Virus record (IMG/VR): IMGVR_UViG_3300022934_002729
Span: 4,870 to 68,869 of that record
Reading direction: 5' to 3' (one strand)
DNA length: 64,000 nucleotides
From: a virus
Positions 49,625-60,500 of this stretch are shown here, in pieces. The notes beneath the pieces are model-generated. The model was not told where the DNA came from. It was given only the letters and a program-made list of their open reading frames with translations, and made no database searches. The position numbers were made by a program, and so were the translations under genes. Each line of letters opens with the position of its first letter. Within the stretch, counting starts at the first letter, position 1.

Positions 49625-50450
49625 TTATAATTTCTTCTGTTATAAAATTTTCATCTCTGTAATGAATAATTCCGGATCGTGTTAAACTGTTTTCTATTAT
49701 TAATCCGTTTTTAATATCAAACCAACTGTTAAATAATTCAGTCCATTCTTGTGGAACATCAGATGTCCACATGTATTGACTTATAGTATCAATATCGTAA
49801 AAATTGTTTAGATTTATAACAACATCGTTGTAACAATCTAAATGTTTTGTTATGATATTACATACAATGTTTTTGTTAAAACTTTCAGGTTTTAATTCAG
49901 TAAACACATTGTTATACAATTCTCTCCAGTTTTGAAAATAAGGATCAGCCAACTTAAACCATTCTTGTGCAATATCGCTTGCTGAATCAAAATAAATCAG
50001 TTGATTGTACAATAACGGAAGATCGTACTTTAATTCAATATCAAACGACAGTATTTTGTTAGTTGGTATATTTCTATATGTTCTTGCTAGATTTGTCATT
50101 GCTAAGTCATGAGTTTCAAATTGATCCCATAATAAGTCAATATCTACATTTAAAAATAGTGTATCATAGTCAACATATATTGTTTCATCAAATGGAGTGC
50201 AGTGAATTACTTGCCATATGTTACTTCCATGAAATCCATCTTCATGGCCAGTATTACCAAACGGTAGTTCGGTGATATAATCAAACGCATCAAAATATTT
50301 TTTGTTAACTAAATCGGATTTTCCGTTGTCAACAACAAGACAAACTTCTGCGGTAGGATCACAATTTTTAATACTTAATGCAAGAGCATAACTATACTTA
50401 ACTTTATCTAAATCTGTATCAATACCTAGTGTTACAAACCCTCTACTCAT
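49569..50450 (-). CDS. GT8-like glycosyltransferase
   Basis: YALALSIK, TPFDETIYVDYD (DxD), IIHY. Confidence 0.6.
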   Translation of the reverse strand: MSRGFVTLGIDTDLDKVKYSYALALSIKNCDPTAEVCLVVDNGKSDLVNKKYFDAFDYITELPFGNTGHEDGFHGSNIWQVIHCTPFDETIYVDYDTLFLNVDIDLLWDQFETHDLAMTNLARTYRNIPTNKILSFDIELKYDLPLLYNQLIYFDSASDIAQEWFKLADPYFQNWRELYNNVFTELKPESFNKNIVCNIITKHLDCYNDVVINLNNFYDIDTISQYMWTSDVPQEWTELFNSWFDIKNGLIIENSLTRSGIIHYRDENFITEEIINELRNKFNNTKIQKEEAA

Positions 50451-51352
50451 AGCAATACCTCTTGTAAATTTTTTTCAATTTCGTTAATATTTCTACTGAT
50501 TGCACGTTTGTTCATAGCATGTAAGTTATAATCTGTATTTCGAGTAAGTATGTTTTTCCACTGTTCTTGTCTATTATGACTTAGCAATATCCAATCATTC
50601 ATTCCTTTTATTTCGATAATATCATCTTTTTGATCCATGTTACGCATTGGTATGCCCATAAAATCATGTATGTAAGATTCTTCGTTGCTTCCATTTAATA
50701 AATGTGCAGCAATACTTACACAAAAATCTGTTCTGAATAATGCAGGAGGGAATTGATATAATAGTGCATAATAGTCCCAGTTTTCTTTAACATGGCACCA
50801 AGTATCAAAAAATACACGACTTTCTTCACTTTGATCAAAGTAAACAACTGTACTCCACCAATGATGTATGCCACCATCTGTTAGTGTAATTTCATTTAAA
50901 TACGGAGGCTGATGCTCTAAATATGTTGCTGTCTTATGCATAGATATTGTTATATCAGTATCAAAAATATAATCATAAAAGTTATTTTTTATGATATAAT
51001 CTGTATCAATTAACATTGTTTTATCAAAAGGTGTTAATTCAAATACTTCGTGCTTGTTGCTGTTTAAGAAAGGTGCACTAAATTCTGTCCACGGACTATC
51101 AAAATGCTTTCTTGAATTTTGTTCATGTTCAACATCATCAATAACAATATGATCAAAACACGCTTCGTGCCATTCACTTGATATACTTTCTTTTAACCAT
51201 GCATATCCGCCATTGTCGGTCATTAAGCACGTTTTATTATTTTTCATGTTTGCTTTTACATAGCCTGCTGCAACATGTGCAAATCGTATATAATCTAATT
51301 GGCTATTGTTGTAAGCAAAAAAGCATACGCCTTTTTCTTCTTCTTTTGCCAT
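50447..51352 (-). CDS. GT8-like glycosyltransferase
   Basis: TPFDKTMLIDTD (DxD), WSTVVYF, FRTDF, HAMNK; paralogous to 49569..50450. Confidence 0.6.
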   Translation of the reverse strand: MAKEEEKGVCFFAYNNSQLDYIRFAHVAAGYVKANMKNNKTCLMTDNGGYAWLKESISSEWHEACFDHIVIDDVEHEQNSRKHFDSPWTEFSAPFLNSNKHEVFELTPFDKTMLIDTDYIIKNNFYDYIFDTDITISMHKTATYLEHQPPYLNEITLTDGGIHHWWSTVVYFDQSEESRVFFDTWCHVKENWDYYALLYQFPPALFRTDFCVSIAAHLLNGSNEESYIHDFMGIPMRNMDQKDDIIEIKGMNDWILLSHNRQEQWKNILTRNTDYNLHAMNKRAISRNINEIEKNLQEVLL

Positions 51353-51700
51353 TTACCAATCCATAATTTTTTTAATATTACGTGCTTTTTTAATCTTATC
51401 CATTTGAATTTTGTATTCATTACTGGCTTCAGTATATGCACTAATTAAACTATCTTTAAACTCGGACAGATCATCAATCTCAATTGGATTTTCTTTTGTA
51501 TCAATTACAATAGCATTTTTTTTATCTGACCGTAATAACGCATCAACAAAACTGATAGTTTTTTCATCGGCAACAAACGATCCAGTTTTATACTGAACCG
51601 ATTGTAATACTTGCATACGTGATCTGATATTACGTTTTTGATTAGATAGCGTTGTGCGGTAATTTGCAAATTCGAGGGCTTTCTCGAGTCTCTCATCCAT
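51353..51700 (-). CDS. Hypothetical phage protein, possibly tail-assembly chaperone-like
   Basis: 115 aa, AGGAG RBS, located directly after tail genes; function inferred from position only. Confidence 0.55.
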   Translation of the reverse strand: MDERLEKALEFANYRTTLSNQKRNIRSRMQVLQSVQYKTGSFVADEKTISFVDALLRSDKKNAIVIDTKENPIEIDDLSEFKDSLISAYTEASNEYKIQMDKIKKARNIKKIMDW

Positions 51701-51728
51701 AGTGAGTTTCTCCTTATAATTAAGTACT

Positions 51729-51758
51729 ACTATAACTTATTTAGTTAACAAATGTCAA
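51729..51758 (-). promoter_or_regulatory. Sigma70-like promoter TTGACA-N18-TATAGT
   Basis: Minus strand aaaaaatcac ttgaca tttgttaactaaataagt tatagt ... AGGAG ... ATG 51700. Confidence 0.6.
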
Positions 51759-51767
51759 GTGATTTTT

Positions 51768-52961
51768 TTAGTTATCGTCTGGACCCATAAATCCATCGCC
51801 TACCACTGCTGGCACAGGATCTGGTGTAACATCAAACGTACTATTATTTTCTGTAATAATATCTGGCATTAAGTATCTAGGTGTTACTGTTAATGTTCCG
51901 TCCATTACTTGTTCAAATGCAGTATCGTCAAATACTAGTTTGAAATGTACTTCTTTTCCATCGTCGGCCCATTTGCCATATAATTTAAAATATCTATTAG
52001 CATAACTAGATAGTCTTTCATCGCCGGTTAGATATACAGTAGGACAATATGCAGTACTTGCTGTATGATATGCTGTAGCATATGCAGTCGCAGCAGGAAA
52101 ATTCACAAACCAGGCAGGTACAGTTGATGCATAACCATATCCATAGCCATAACCATATGCTGATATTTGTTGTGTTACACCAGCACTAGTAAACAATAAC
52201 CCTTCGTCATCAACAACACCATCTGGATCACTGCCGTCTCCATATCTATCAGTTAAATGATAAAAACCTTTACCTTCACTAGTGCCAGGAGTAATATATC
52301 CTTCACTTTGATATGTGTTATTCCATGTAAAAGTCAGTGTTCCTACTTCGTTAATAATGTCGGCCCAGTTAAAGAACCCTGCTGTACACCCGCCTTCGAT
52401 TGAAATGTCTAATTGTAGTTGTCCACCGCCGTTAAAGAAGTATCTTGCATCGTTGTATGTGTTCCACGACCACTTATGTTCACCTTCAAGTTTTTGCCAC
52501 CAAGGTATAGTTCTAGCATATATTCCTGCAGTGCCTTCAAGTAAACTTGCGTTTTCTGGATCGACTGTAGTATGCATGTTGTTAGGTAATACAACATCTG
52601 TAAACTTTTCATGTACTAAATTTAAATCTTCAGCACGTACCAAGTATCTAGGTTTAATATCTGTGCGTCCTTGCGGAACACTAAACACTAACACATGGTC
52701 TTCAAATGTTACGTGGTCTAACATAACATTTGTATGATCTACTAGTAATTGTAATCTATCTGCTTCGATTAGTACACCTACTGGCACTTGGTCATCTATA
52801 TTCAGTGCACCCCATCCATACTTGTGTGTGTCTATTCTATTTGCGTCTGTTACCAAAGATGCAGGATAGTTATCGCCAAAAATTAAGTTTGCGATATCTG
52901 CTACATAGTTGTATTCTGAGGCTTTAACCAAATTGCCTGGATAGACAGGTACCAGTGCCAT
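51768..52961 (-). CDS. Putative virion tail/baseplate-associated structural protein
   Basis: Co-oriented with tail genes; ARYFFNGGG motif; Gly/Tyr low-complexity insert. Confidence 0.55.
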   Translation of the reverse strand: MALVPVYPGNLVKASEYNYVADIANLIFGDNYPASLVTDANRIDTHKYGWGALNIDDQVPVGVLIEADRLQLLVDHTNVMLDHVTFEDHVLVFSVPQGRTDIKPRYLVRAEDLNLVHEKFTDVVLPNNMHTTVDPENASLLEGTAGIYARTIPWWQKLEGEHKWSWNTYNDARYFFNGGGQLQLDISIEGGCTAGFFNWADIINEVGTLTFTWNNTYQSEGYITPGTSEGKGFYHLTDRYGDGSDPDGVVDDEGLLFTSAGVTQQISAYGYGYGYGYASTVPAWFVNFPAATAYATAYHTASTAYCPTVYLTGDERLSSYANRYFKLYGKWADDGKEVHFKLVFDDTAFEQVMDGTLTVTPRYLMPDIITENNSTFDVTPDPVPAVVGDGFMGPDDN

Positions 52962-52962
52962 A

Positions 52963-53892
52963 TTACTTTGCTCCTACAACTACTTGAATAACGCCAACGT
53001 CTGTTAAGAGATTATCTTCTAATGCTCTGCCAATAACTTTTCTATAGTCTTGTGCTTCTTCTTCAGTTGCAGTTTCAGCATGACCGTGTGTTAAACTGCT
53101 TACTAATCTGTCGCCTTTGCGTACTGAACCAACAACTTTGCAAGGTACACGCCCTGCTAGTGCTACATATGGATGCGTGTCATCATTGCCTGCGCCTGCA
53201 TTCATTTCAAAGCCTGGTGCAGTACTGATGATGCCAAATACGTCAGTGTCTGCTCTTGAGCCTGTTGGAATAATTTCAGCAGAGCCGCCAATTTTAACAA
53301 CTGTGCCAGGCTCTAATACTTCATCTGCAGCATAGCGTTCTGCAAGGTCAGCATATTCAGCACTAGTTGCTGTGCCACGAAATTTAAAATCTGTTCTGTT
53401 GGTCATATTAATACCAACTTGCATTACAGGAAAGTTTGCACTTAGTAGTGTTGTACCATCTTCTGCAAATTCTGTATTTGCAGGTGTCCATGCATTTGTG
53501 CCATCAGTTGCATGTGGTCCTACAGTAATATTGTTAATAACACCTTCTACAATATGTACTATACATTTATGCAAATTACCGTTTGTGTCTTCGATAGTTC
53601 TAACTTCAATTCGTGTATCGCCAGTGAATCCAATTGGATACCACTTACCACTATCGTAAATGAATAAAATATTTTCTGCATTATTGTACCACAGCGTTCC
53701 TTCTACTGGATTCACTGGAGGATTTGCACTAGCAAAATTTTCTACTAAATTTAAAAAGTTTTCGTTTACAAACTCTCCAAATCTTGTAGTATTTTTACCA
53801 ATTAGTCTAACTGGAGTACTTGTATCTACTGTACCGTCGTTAACTACAATTGGCGTTTTATTTGGGTCGCTATGATTAATTGAATATGGCAT
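52963..53892 (-). CDS. Short tail-fibre-like protein with C-terminal intramolecular chaperone-like domain
   Basis: N-terminal LIGKN...ENFL.L.ENFA...P..P.EGTLWY; C-terminal ATSAEYADLAERY...GTVV...VALAGRVPCKVVG.V.KGDRLV...IGRALE. Confidence 0.75.
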   Translation of the reverse strand: MPYSINHSDPNKTPIVVNDGTVDTSTPVRLIGKNTTRFGEFVNENFLNLVENFASANPPVNPVEGTLWYNNAENILFIYDSGKWYPIGFTGDTRIEVRTIEDTNGNLHKCIVHIVEGVINNITVGPHATDGTNAWTPANTEFAEDGTTLLSANFPVMQVGINMTNRTDFKFRGTATSAEYADLAERYAADEVLEPGTVVKIGGSAEIIPTGSRADTDVFGIISTAPGFEMNAGAGNDDTHPYVALAGRVPCKVVGSVRKGDRLVSSLTHGHAETATEEEAQDYRKVIGRALEDNLLTDVGVIQVVVGAK

Positions 53893-53904
53893 TGTTTTTT
53901 CCTA

Positions 53905-54477
53905 TTATACGTCACTGTATGTTGTTCTAATCCTTAATGTATATATCACACTTATTTTTCTATTTGCACTTTTTTGTACAGGATGGAAAATAACATGTGT
54001 TAGCATGTCGTTGTTAGCACTATAAACGGCAATTTCATCAAACACATAATCGCCATTCATATCAGTCGTTGTATCTTCATTATCTTGTCCTGTTGGGGTA
54101 TTATAATCTAGTGTACTTGTCATTACAACATCACTATAAACTGTGCCATTGACGTGGTTAACTACTGTACTATCAATAGCCTGTGTATATGTTTCGTTGT
54201 AAAGTCCGCTTGTACTTGCACCGGTGTTAGGTGCTTTATAAGTTACTGCTCCGGTACCATCTATTAATGTTCCGCCATTTCCGTAGGACATAGATAATAC
54301 ATTATGTGTACCATTTGCACCAGCAACATTTGCTAGTAAATTTGCAATTGCAACACTCATATTTTCAAAGTGAATTGCATTACGTCTTTTTACTAGTACC
54401 TCGCCGGTGTTAACGTCTTGAATCAACAAATGACCTTCTATGTTTACTAACGATTTTTCTAATTGTGATAAACTCAT
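53905..54477 (-). CDS. Putative baseplate/tail-collar structural protein
   Basis: KRRNAI...YGNGG...VFDEIAVY...THVIFHPVQKSANR...YTLR; tail module context. Confidence 0.6.
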   Translation of the reverse strand: MSLSQLEKSLVNIEGHLLIQDVNTGEVLVKRRNAIHFENMSVAIANLLANVAGANGTHNVLSMSYGNGGTLIDGTGAVTYKAPNTGASTSGLYNETYTQAIDSTVVNHVNGTVYSDVVMTSTLDYNTPTGQDNEDTTTDMNGDYVFDEIAVYSANNDMLTHVIFHPVQKSANRKISVIYTLRIRTTYSDV

Positions 54478-54498
54478 TTTCTTATTTCCATTATGTAC

Positions 54499-54506
54499 TA
54501 TTTATA
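54499..54506 (-). promoter_or_regulatory. TATAAATA T4-type late promoter consensus
   Basis: Exact TATAAATA on the minus strand, overlapping the stop of the giant gene and upstream of structural gene 54477. Confidence 0.65.
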
Positions 54507-57500
54507 TCGTTCCTTCACCTGCGTCTCTAATGAAAGCATGGTCGCTTGCTGTTCCACTTGCTGCAAGGCTTCTTCCTGATTCATTGTAAGCCAATCTAAG
54601 TTCATTGCCGTAGTGTCCAAACTTATCTCGGATTGGTAGTTTTACACTATCACCTGCATCTATTACTGTAGTGCCAGTTAAATGATCTAATGCACTTGTT
54701 CCTAGTGTTCCTCGCTTACAATACAATAAATTATTTGCATCTCTTGCGCCATATTCAATTCGTTCGCTGCCAATCCAAACTACACCTGTGTTATCAGCCA
54801 ATACAGTTACATCTGCAAGTGGAATAATTGTATCATTGTGTCTGATATCATTTGAAAGTGTAGTTTTGTTTGCATCTACTATAACAATACTTTCTTGAAT
54901 ATTATAGTTTGTGAACATATTAATTTGGAAGCTACGTGTATCTGTATCTTCTGTGCTGCCGGATGCGTTTGTTTGTACCATTATTCTTACATTTTCTAAT
55001 AAATCTAATCCGACTAATTCTTCCCCGATTCTTTCATATTCTGGCTGAATAAACACATTACCTGAATATAGTGTTGCTATATCTTCTTCTGGTGTTGTGA
55101 ACTCATATGAGAACGCATCATTTCTAAAATATTCATCGTCTGTATATCCGTTATCTACATAACTATCTTCTGCTTCGCTACTAGTAAATGTTCCTCCTAA
55201 TAATATAACATCTCCGTTCCATTGTCTAGTATAATCATTCATTTGAATTGTTATCTCAGACTGATATTCATCTTCGACTTGTATAGTCATATTGTCCACA
55301 GTAGAAGGACGCTGTTCTAATGTGTGTAACTTAGTATGGAAAGGTTTAATGTCATGGAAGTATTTTTCAATTGCTGTTGTTCCATAATTTTGATATGTCT
55401 TAGGATCTCTAATAAGCGGATGGTCTACTGCTAGTTTTACATACGTAGTTTTAAATGCAAAGTCATCTGCTGTATTTTCAATAATTGCTTGATACAAACA
55501 TCTAAACCATAATTTATTATAAAATTCTTTGTACTGTCCGACAAATACTTTACTTCTTAGTAGGTCCATTAGTAAATTAATAATGTTAGAAACACCACTG
55601 TCAAAGCCACTGATATCAAACCCAGCAGCATCGAATCCGTGTCCAAACTTACTTTCTAACCATAACTCATCACTTAGTGCAATTGTACCATTCTTTTTCC
55701 AGCGAAGGCTATAAGTTCCATTTTCCTTATACCACATTTCAGGTCTGTTAATACCATCTTCGTGTAAACTATTTTTAATGTATATATAACTACCATCTGG
55801 TATATCTGCTGCGGCATTAACATCTGGCAACACCGGAATAATACTAGTTATATTGTCGAATGTGTAGTCTGGTTGTACACTTGTATCATGTTTATATATT
55901 AGCATACCATCGTTATTATATTTTTTATAAGACCAATCTACAAAGTTCCAATAATGCTCTAATTTATATTCAACTTCGCCTTCTACGTAAGTTGTGTAGA
56001 AAACACTATCCCAATTTAAAATCTCTGATATAACACAAATATCTTCTAAATATTCATTTGTTGCATCAACAAAGTTTTGTCTTGCATTAGTAATATCTCT
56101 GTATAAACTTTGTGCTGGACGAGTTAAATGTCCATATCTATTATATTCATGTAGTCTCAAATCTGGCACAGGCTGCCCTCGCCAAATTTCAATGTCAGTT
56201 GATTCTGTTTCGGGTGGTAAATTATAATTGTACACTCTCGCCCAATGTAATTCATTTGTATCTGTAACAGGATCAGTGACATTTACATTATCATCTAAAC
56301 AAATATAAAACTTATCATCTTTAGTTACAACAGACTCTCGGTTATAAACAGATGCAGCATTCCATTCAGTGTATGTATATAAATCATGATAGTTATTATA
56401 TCCTGCTAAACTATCACGTATTTTAATATGCAAGTATTCAGGTATTACAGTGTGAGGATCATTTTCAGCAAGCAATGTCCATTCATTCAATGGCAAACTA
56501 TTGCTTTCGTAGATTTGATTAATCTGTATAACTGTATCATCTGTTATTATTTTATCAATATTGGCTAATAGTAAGTTACTATCTAAACTAGATGCTGCCC
56601 ATGATATACCTAAATCTTTAAAATTAGTCAACATGTTTGCTAATTGATTAACATTGTAATTTCGTATGCCAGATGATGACTCTTTGTTTTTAACCCAGAA
56701 GTAATAATTTGTTTGTGAAGTTTTAGTTGCTGGATTAAAGTATGAATATTCAGACCAGAAGTATCTAGTTTCTCCGTCTATTACTTTTGAATATGGTTGA
56801 CCTGTAGCAATAGTGCCATCTAAACTACCACCAGTTGCTGCAAATTCTTCATACTCCTCAGGTAACACAGAACTACGTGTCCATTCATAAATTTCAATCT
56901 CGGAACCTGGAAATAGTCTACCCCATTGTTGCTGTTGATATTTTTCAGTACCTTGTTCGTAATCTAAATAGATACTAGTAGATAAATCCCACCAGCGTGT
57001 TCCGATAAATCTATCAGTCCATGCATCTTCATTTTCTTCATAGCCGTTATATGTAGTGTAGTTGTAAATTGCATTATCTGCAGTTGATTTTAAATCAATT
57101 TCGCTATCGATAAATCCAGGAATTATTCCTTTTGCAGGATCATATATTTCTAATACACTAATTAATGTACGTTTGTTTGCATCGTATACTTTTACATTTT
57201 CTACTAAGTCGCTTCTTGATTGATTTGGTGCTGTTCTAACTTTAACCCAGTTACCATCATAATTTCCTGATGTTAATCTAAATTTACCTGTGTAACGATA
57301 TACTGCAGGTGCACCATTATCATCGTCAATAAAAGCATACAACGGATCGCCGTTGTGTCTTTTACCTCCGAAATTATATTTAAACACAACAGGAGCATCA
57401 GTGCTTAGAGGATTTGTAACATAAGAATTAAAGTTTGCTATTAGATCTGCATAACTACTAAATCTAACACTTCTAATTGGATATACATTACCAGCACTGC

Positions 57501-60500
57501 CTTCTTCTTGAATATATTCATCAATGTAGAACATATTAGGATTTTCTGTATCAATTCTTGTTACTTTTCTAACACCGTCGATACTAGGAACAGTATTACT
57601 ACCAGCAATTAATACATAATCACCAACTTGTAAATTATGAAACGGTTGATGTTCATCTGAATAATCACGTAAATCAATTGTTATCTGCGCTTCGTCTGCT
57701 TCTTCAATGCCGGCACATGCTTTTGTAATAAACATACTAAAGTGCATAGCCTGATAAACATTGTAACCTGCATTAATATTAGATTTTTCACTGTTATCAG
57801 CAGTCCATATACTAAACACATGCGGATCAAATTCAGTCTTTTCAAATATCGTGTATGAATTTCCTAAATCATCGTAACGCTCAGTTTCAAAAACATTACT
57901 AACTGTTCCGGGGGATGCAACATAAAGTTGTGCAGTGATTCCAAGTGTAACATTAGCAGTACCATTACTACCAATTTCCATTGTTTCGTTTGTACTTACT
58001 AATCTTAATCTGTTATTACTATTACTTGCTGTAATACCAGGAATGTTTGCATTATTAATTGAACTAATAGTATCAGTTAAGTCACTGGTCCTGTCAACTG
58101 TAATTGTTGTAACTTGTGCAGGTGTTATACCTGTGTTAAGTCCGATAAAACTATTAGCACTTCCAGCACCAATGAACAATGATGCAGCATTACTTAAAAT
58201 ACGTACTTGTCCAGAACTTAATGCAATTGCAGATACATTAGGAATACCAGCAGCATTTATCTGTTCTACAACTTCTACAGTTGTTAAATCTGGTGTGCTT
58301 AATACGTTAACACCACTACTTCTGATAGTTTCGTTAGTAGTAGCAAAACCTACTTCTGTATTTGCAGTAGCAGAACTAATAACCAAACTAAATTGAGTTG
58401 TAGCATTAGGTACATCTTTACTAATAAACAAGTTTCCTGCGGCAGTTAAACTGGCTGTTACATTTGGAATATTTGCATCATTAATTTTTTGTACAACTTC
58501 TACATCACTATAAATTTTGTTACCATTTGTAGTTTCTGTTGCAATAATTTCACTTGCAATAAATGCAGATGTAGAATTGTTAACTGCAAAATTTCTTATA
58601 TTAGTAATGTATGGTGCAGTATCTAGTGCAGATTTTGCTGTATTAATATCTAAAATTGGCACTAGCGTATGGTCAGTGTGACTTGTACCTGCTATAGCAT
58701 TTATTATGGCTAAATCAGTTACAATTAATGCATCAAGTTCAGATTCTGATCCTACAGCAAAAGTATTACGAATTGACTCTAGATAATTGATATCAATACC
58801 AGATACTGTATCAAAATAATCCACAAGAACTTGGTTCCATCCTGTAATGCCTTGATTGTCAATAACAGAAGTTCTAAATGATTCAAATGTTGAAATTTTT
58901 GTACTTACAAGACTGTTAATTGTTGATTGGTTAGTAGTAAAAGTTGAACTAAATGCTGCTTGATAACCGTCCTCAATATTAACATTTGTTGTTATAGGTG
59001 CTGCATCGTCAAAAACAATACTAACACCATCAATAATTAATTCTTTGCTACCGTCGGTATTACCTTCTACTGAAAAGTTAGTTACATTTCCTGTTTTTGT
59101 TGCAGGTTGCCATACTAGATTAATTACTTCATTTTCAAACGTTAAAGTTTGATTTATTGAACTATTTTGTCCTATTGTTAAAGTTGAGCCATTTGGTACA
59201 CCTTGTACATTTAAATTTTCAGATCCCGTAATTTCAATAGTTTCTAATTTAGTACTTTCACTTGTACGTTTAATAGTAACTACAACATTATCAATGACAA
59301 GTGTTTGTCCATCAGACGGAACACTCGGTGTACTAACACGACCTATAACTTCAATTGGTTCGTTTGGACGCTGAAGTCCACTTGATCCGTCAGGATCGAC
59401 CATTCTCCAAACGTATCCTTCGTGTATTACTAAGTCATTTGTTTTATATGATACTCTATTGCTCCATGCATCAATTTCTTCATACGTACCTGAGAAGTCA
59501 TATGATTCTTTATTTTTTACAGGAAACGCTTCAAAGTCTTCTTTGTTAATTACTCTAAAATCAGTTTCTGTTAATAAAGGTAATCCGGCTGTAACAAAAT
59601 CATTATTAAACTGTGTTAGTTCAGTAAGTGTCAAAACATTGTATTTTTTACTTGGACGAGTTCTAAATACATTTTCAGTTGATCCAGTTACTAATAATGG
59701 ACTTGTTGGATCAATATTAATAACATCGTCGATACTAATATCATCATGATCATCATTATGAAACTTAACTACTTGAGGACTTGTAGACAATGCTTCATCG
59801 TTGATTGTAAATTCAACTGTATCTCTACTTCTAATATCGCCAAAATCAGCAGTTCTTATAGCCCATAATTCATATAAGTTAGCGTCTGACACACCACCTA
59901 ATATACTAGTATTTCTCATAAATGCATTGAGACCATACTTAGTACCTCTATATTTTCTAGATCCTTTTGTAAAATTAAAAATACTATCATCGTTTAACGT
60001 TAGATAATTTGACCAATCTGGTTTATTATAACCAATGTTAAATCTTGCAGCATTAACAGATTGCTCATTATTAACAGTTGCACTTGATGTAGTAAAATAA
60101 TCAAGAGATGCATTTGCAGTTGTATCAAAGTTATCAATAATTGTATTGTCAGTAACCAAGTAACCAGGTGAATAAAGTTTACCGTTCCACTCTTTTGTTC
60201 TAGAACCACGCCATATTATTCTTTTATGACGTTGTCCAATTTCTGGTCTATAAATGATATCATCAAAATCTGTTTCGTTTTCTAATATAATTGCATGTTC
60301 TAATTCAACACGATATAAACGCAATCCTAATATATGTGTATCATTTTCTTTTGTTTCTACTGTAGTTATTGAAGTTTCTGTAGAATTAACAGGTCTACTT
60401 ACAATAATTTTATCGGGAGAAATTTCATCTCCGTTATGATCAATTAGATTGTAAATACCATCATAACGATTGATAACTGTATCATAGTAACCACGAGATC

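Noticed and set aside
336-51352. Interpretation as a bacterial RiPP or natural-product gene cluster
   Set aside because: No clear leader/core precursor array, peptidase, transporter, regulator or NRPS/PKS was recognised, and the flanks are phage-type structural genes with T4-like late motifs. A peptide substrate is not fully excluded.
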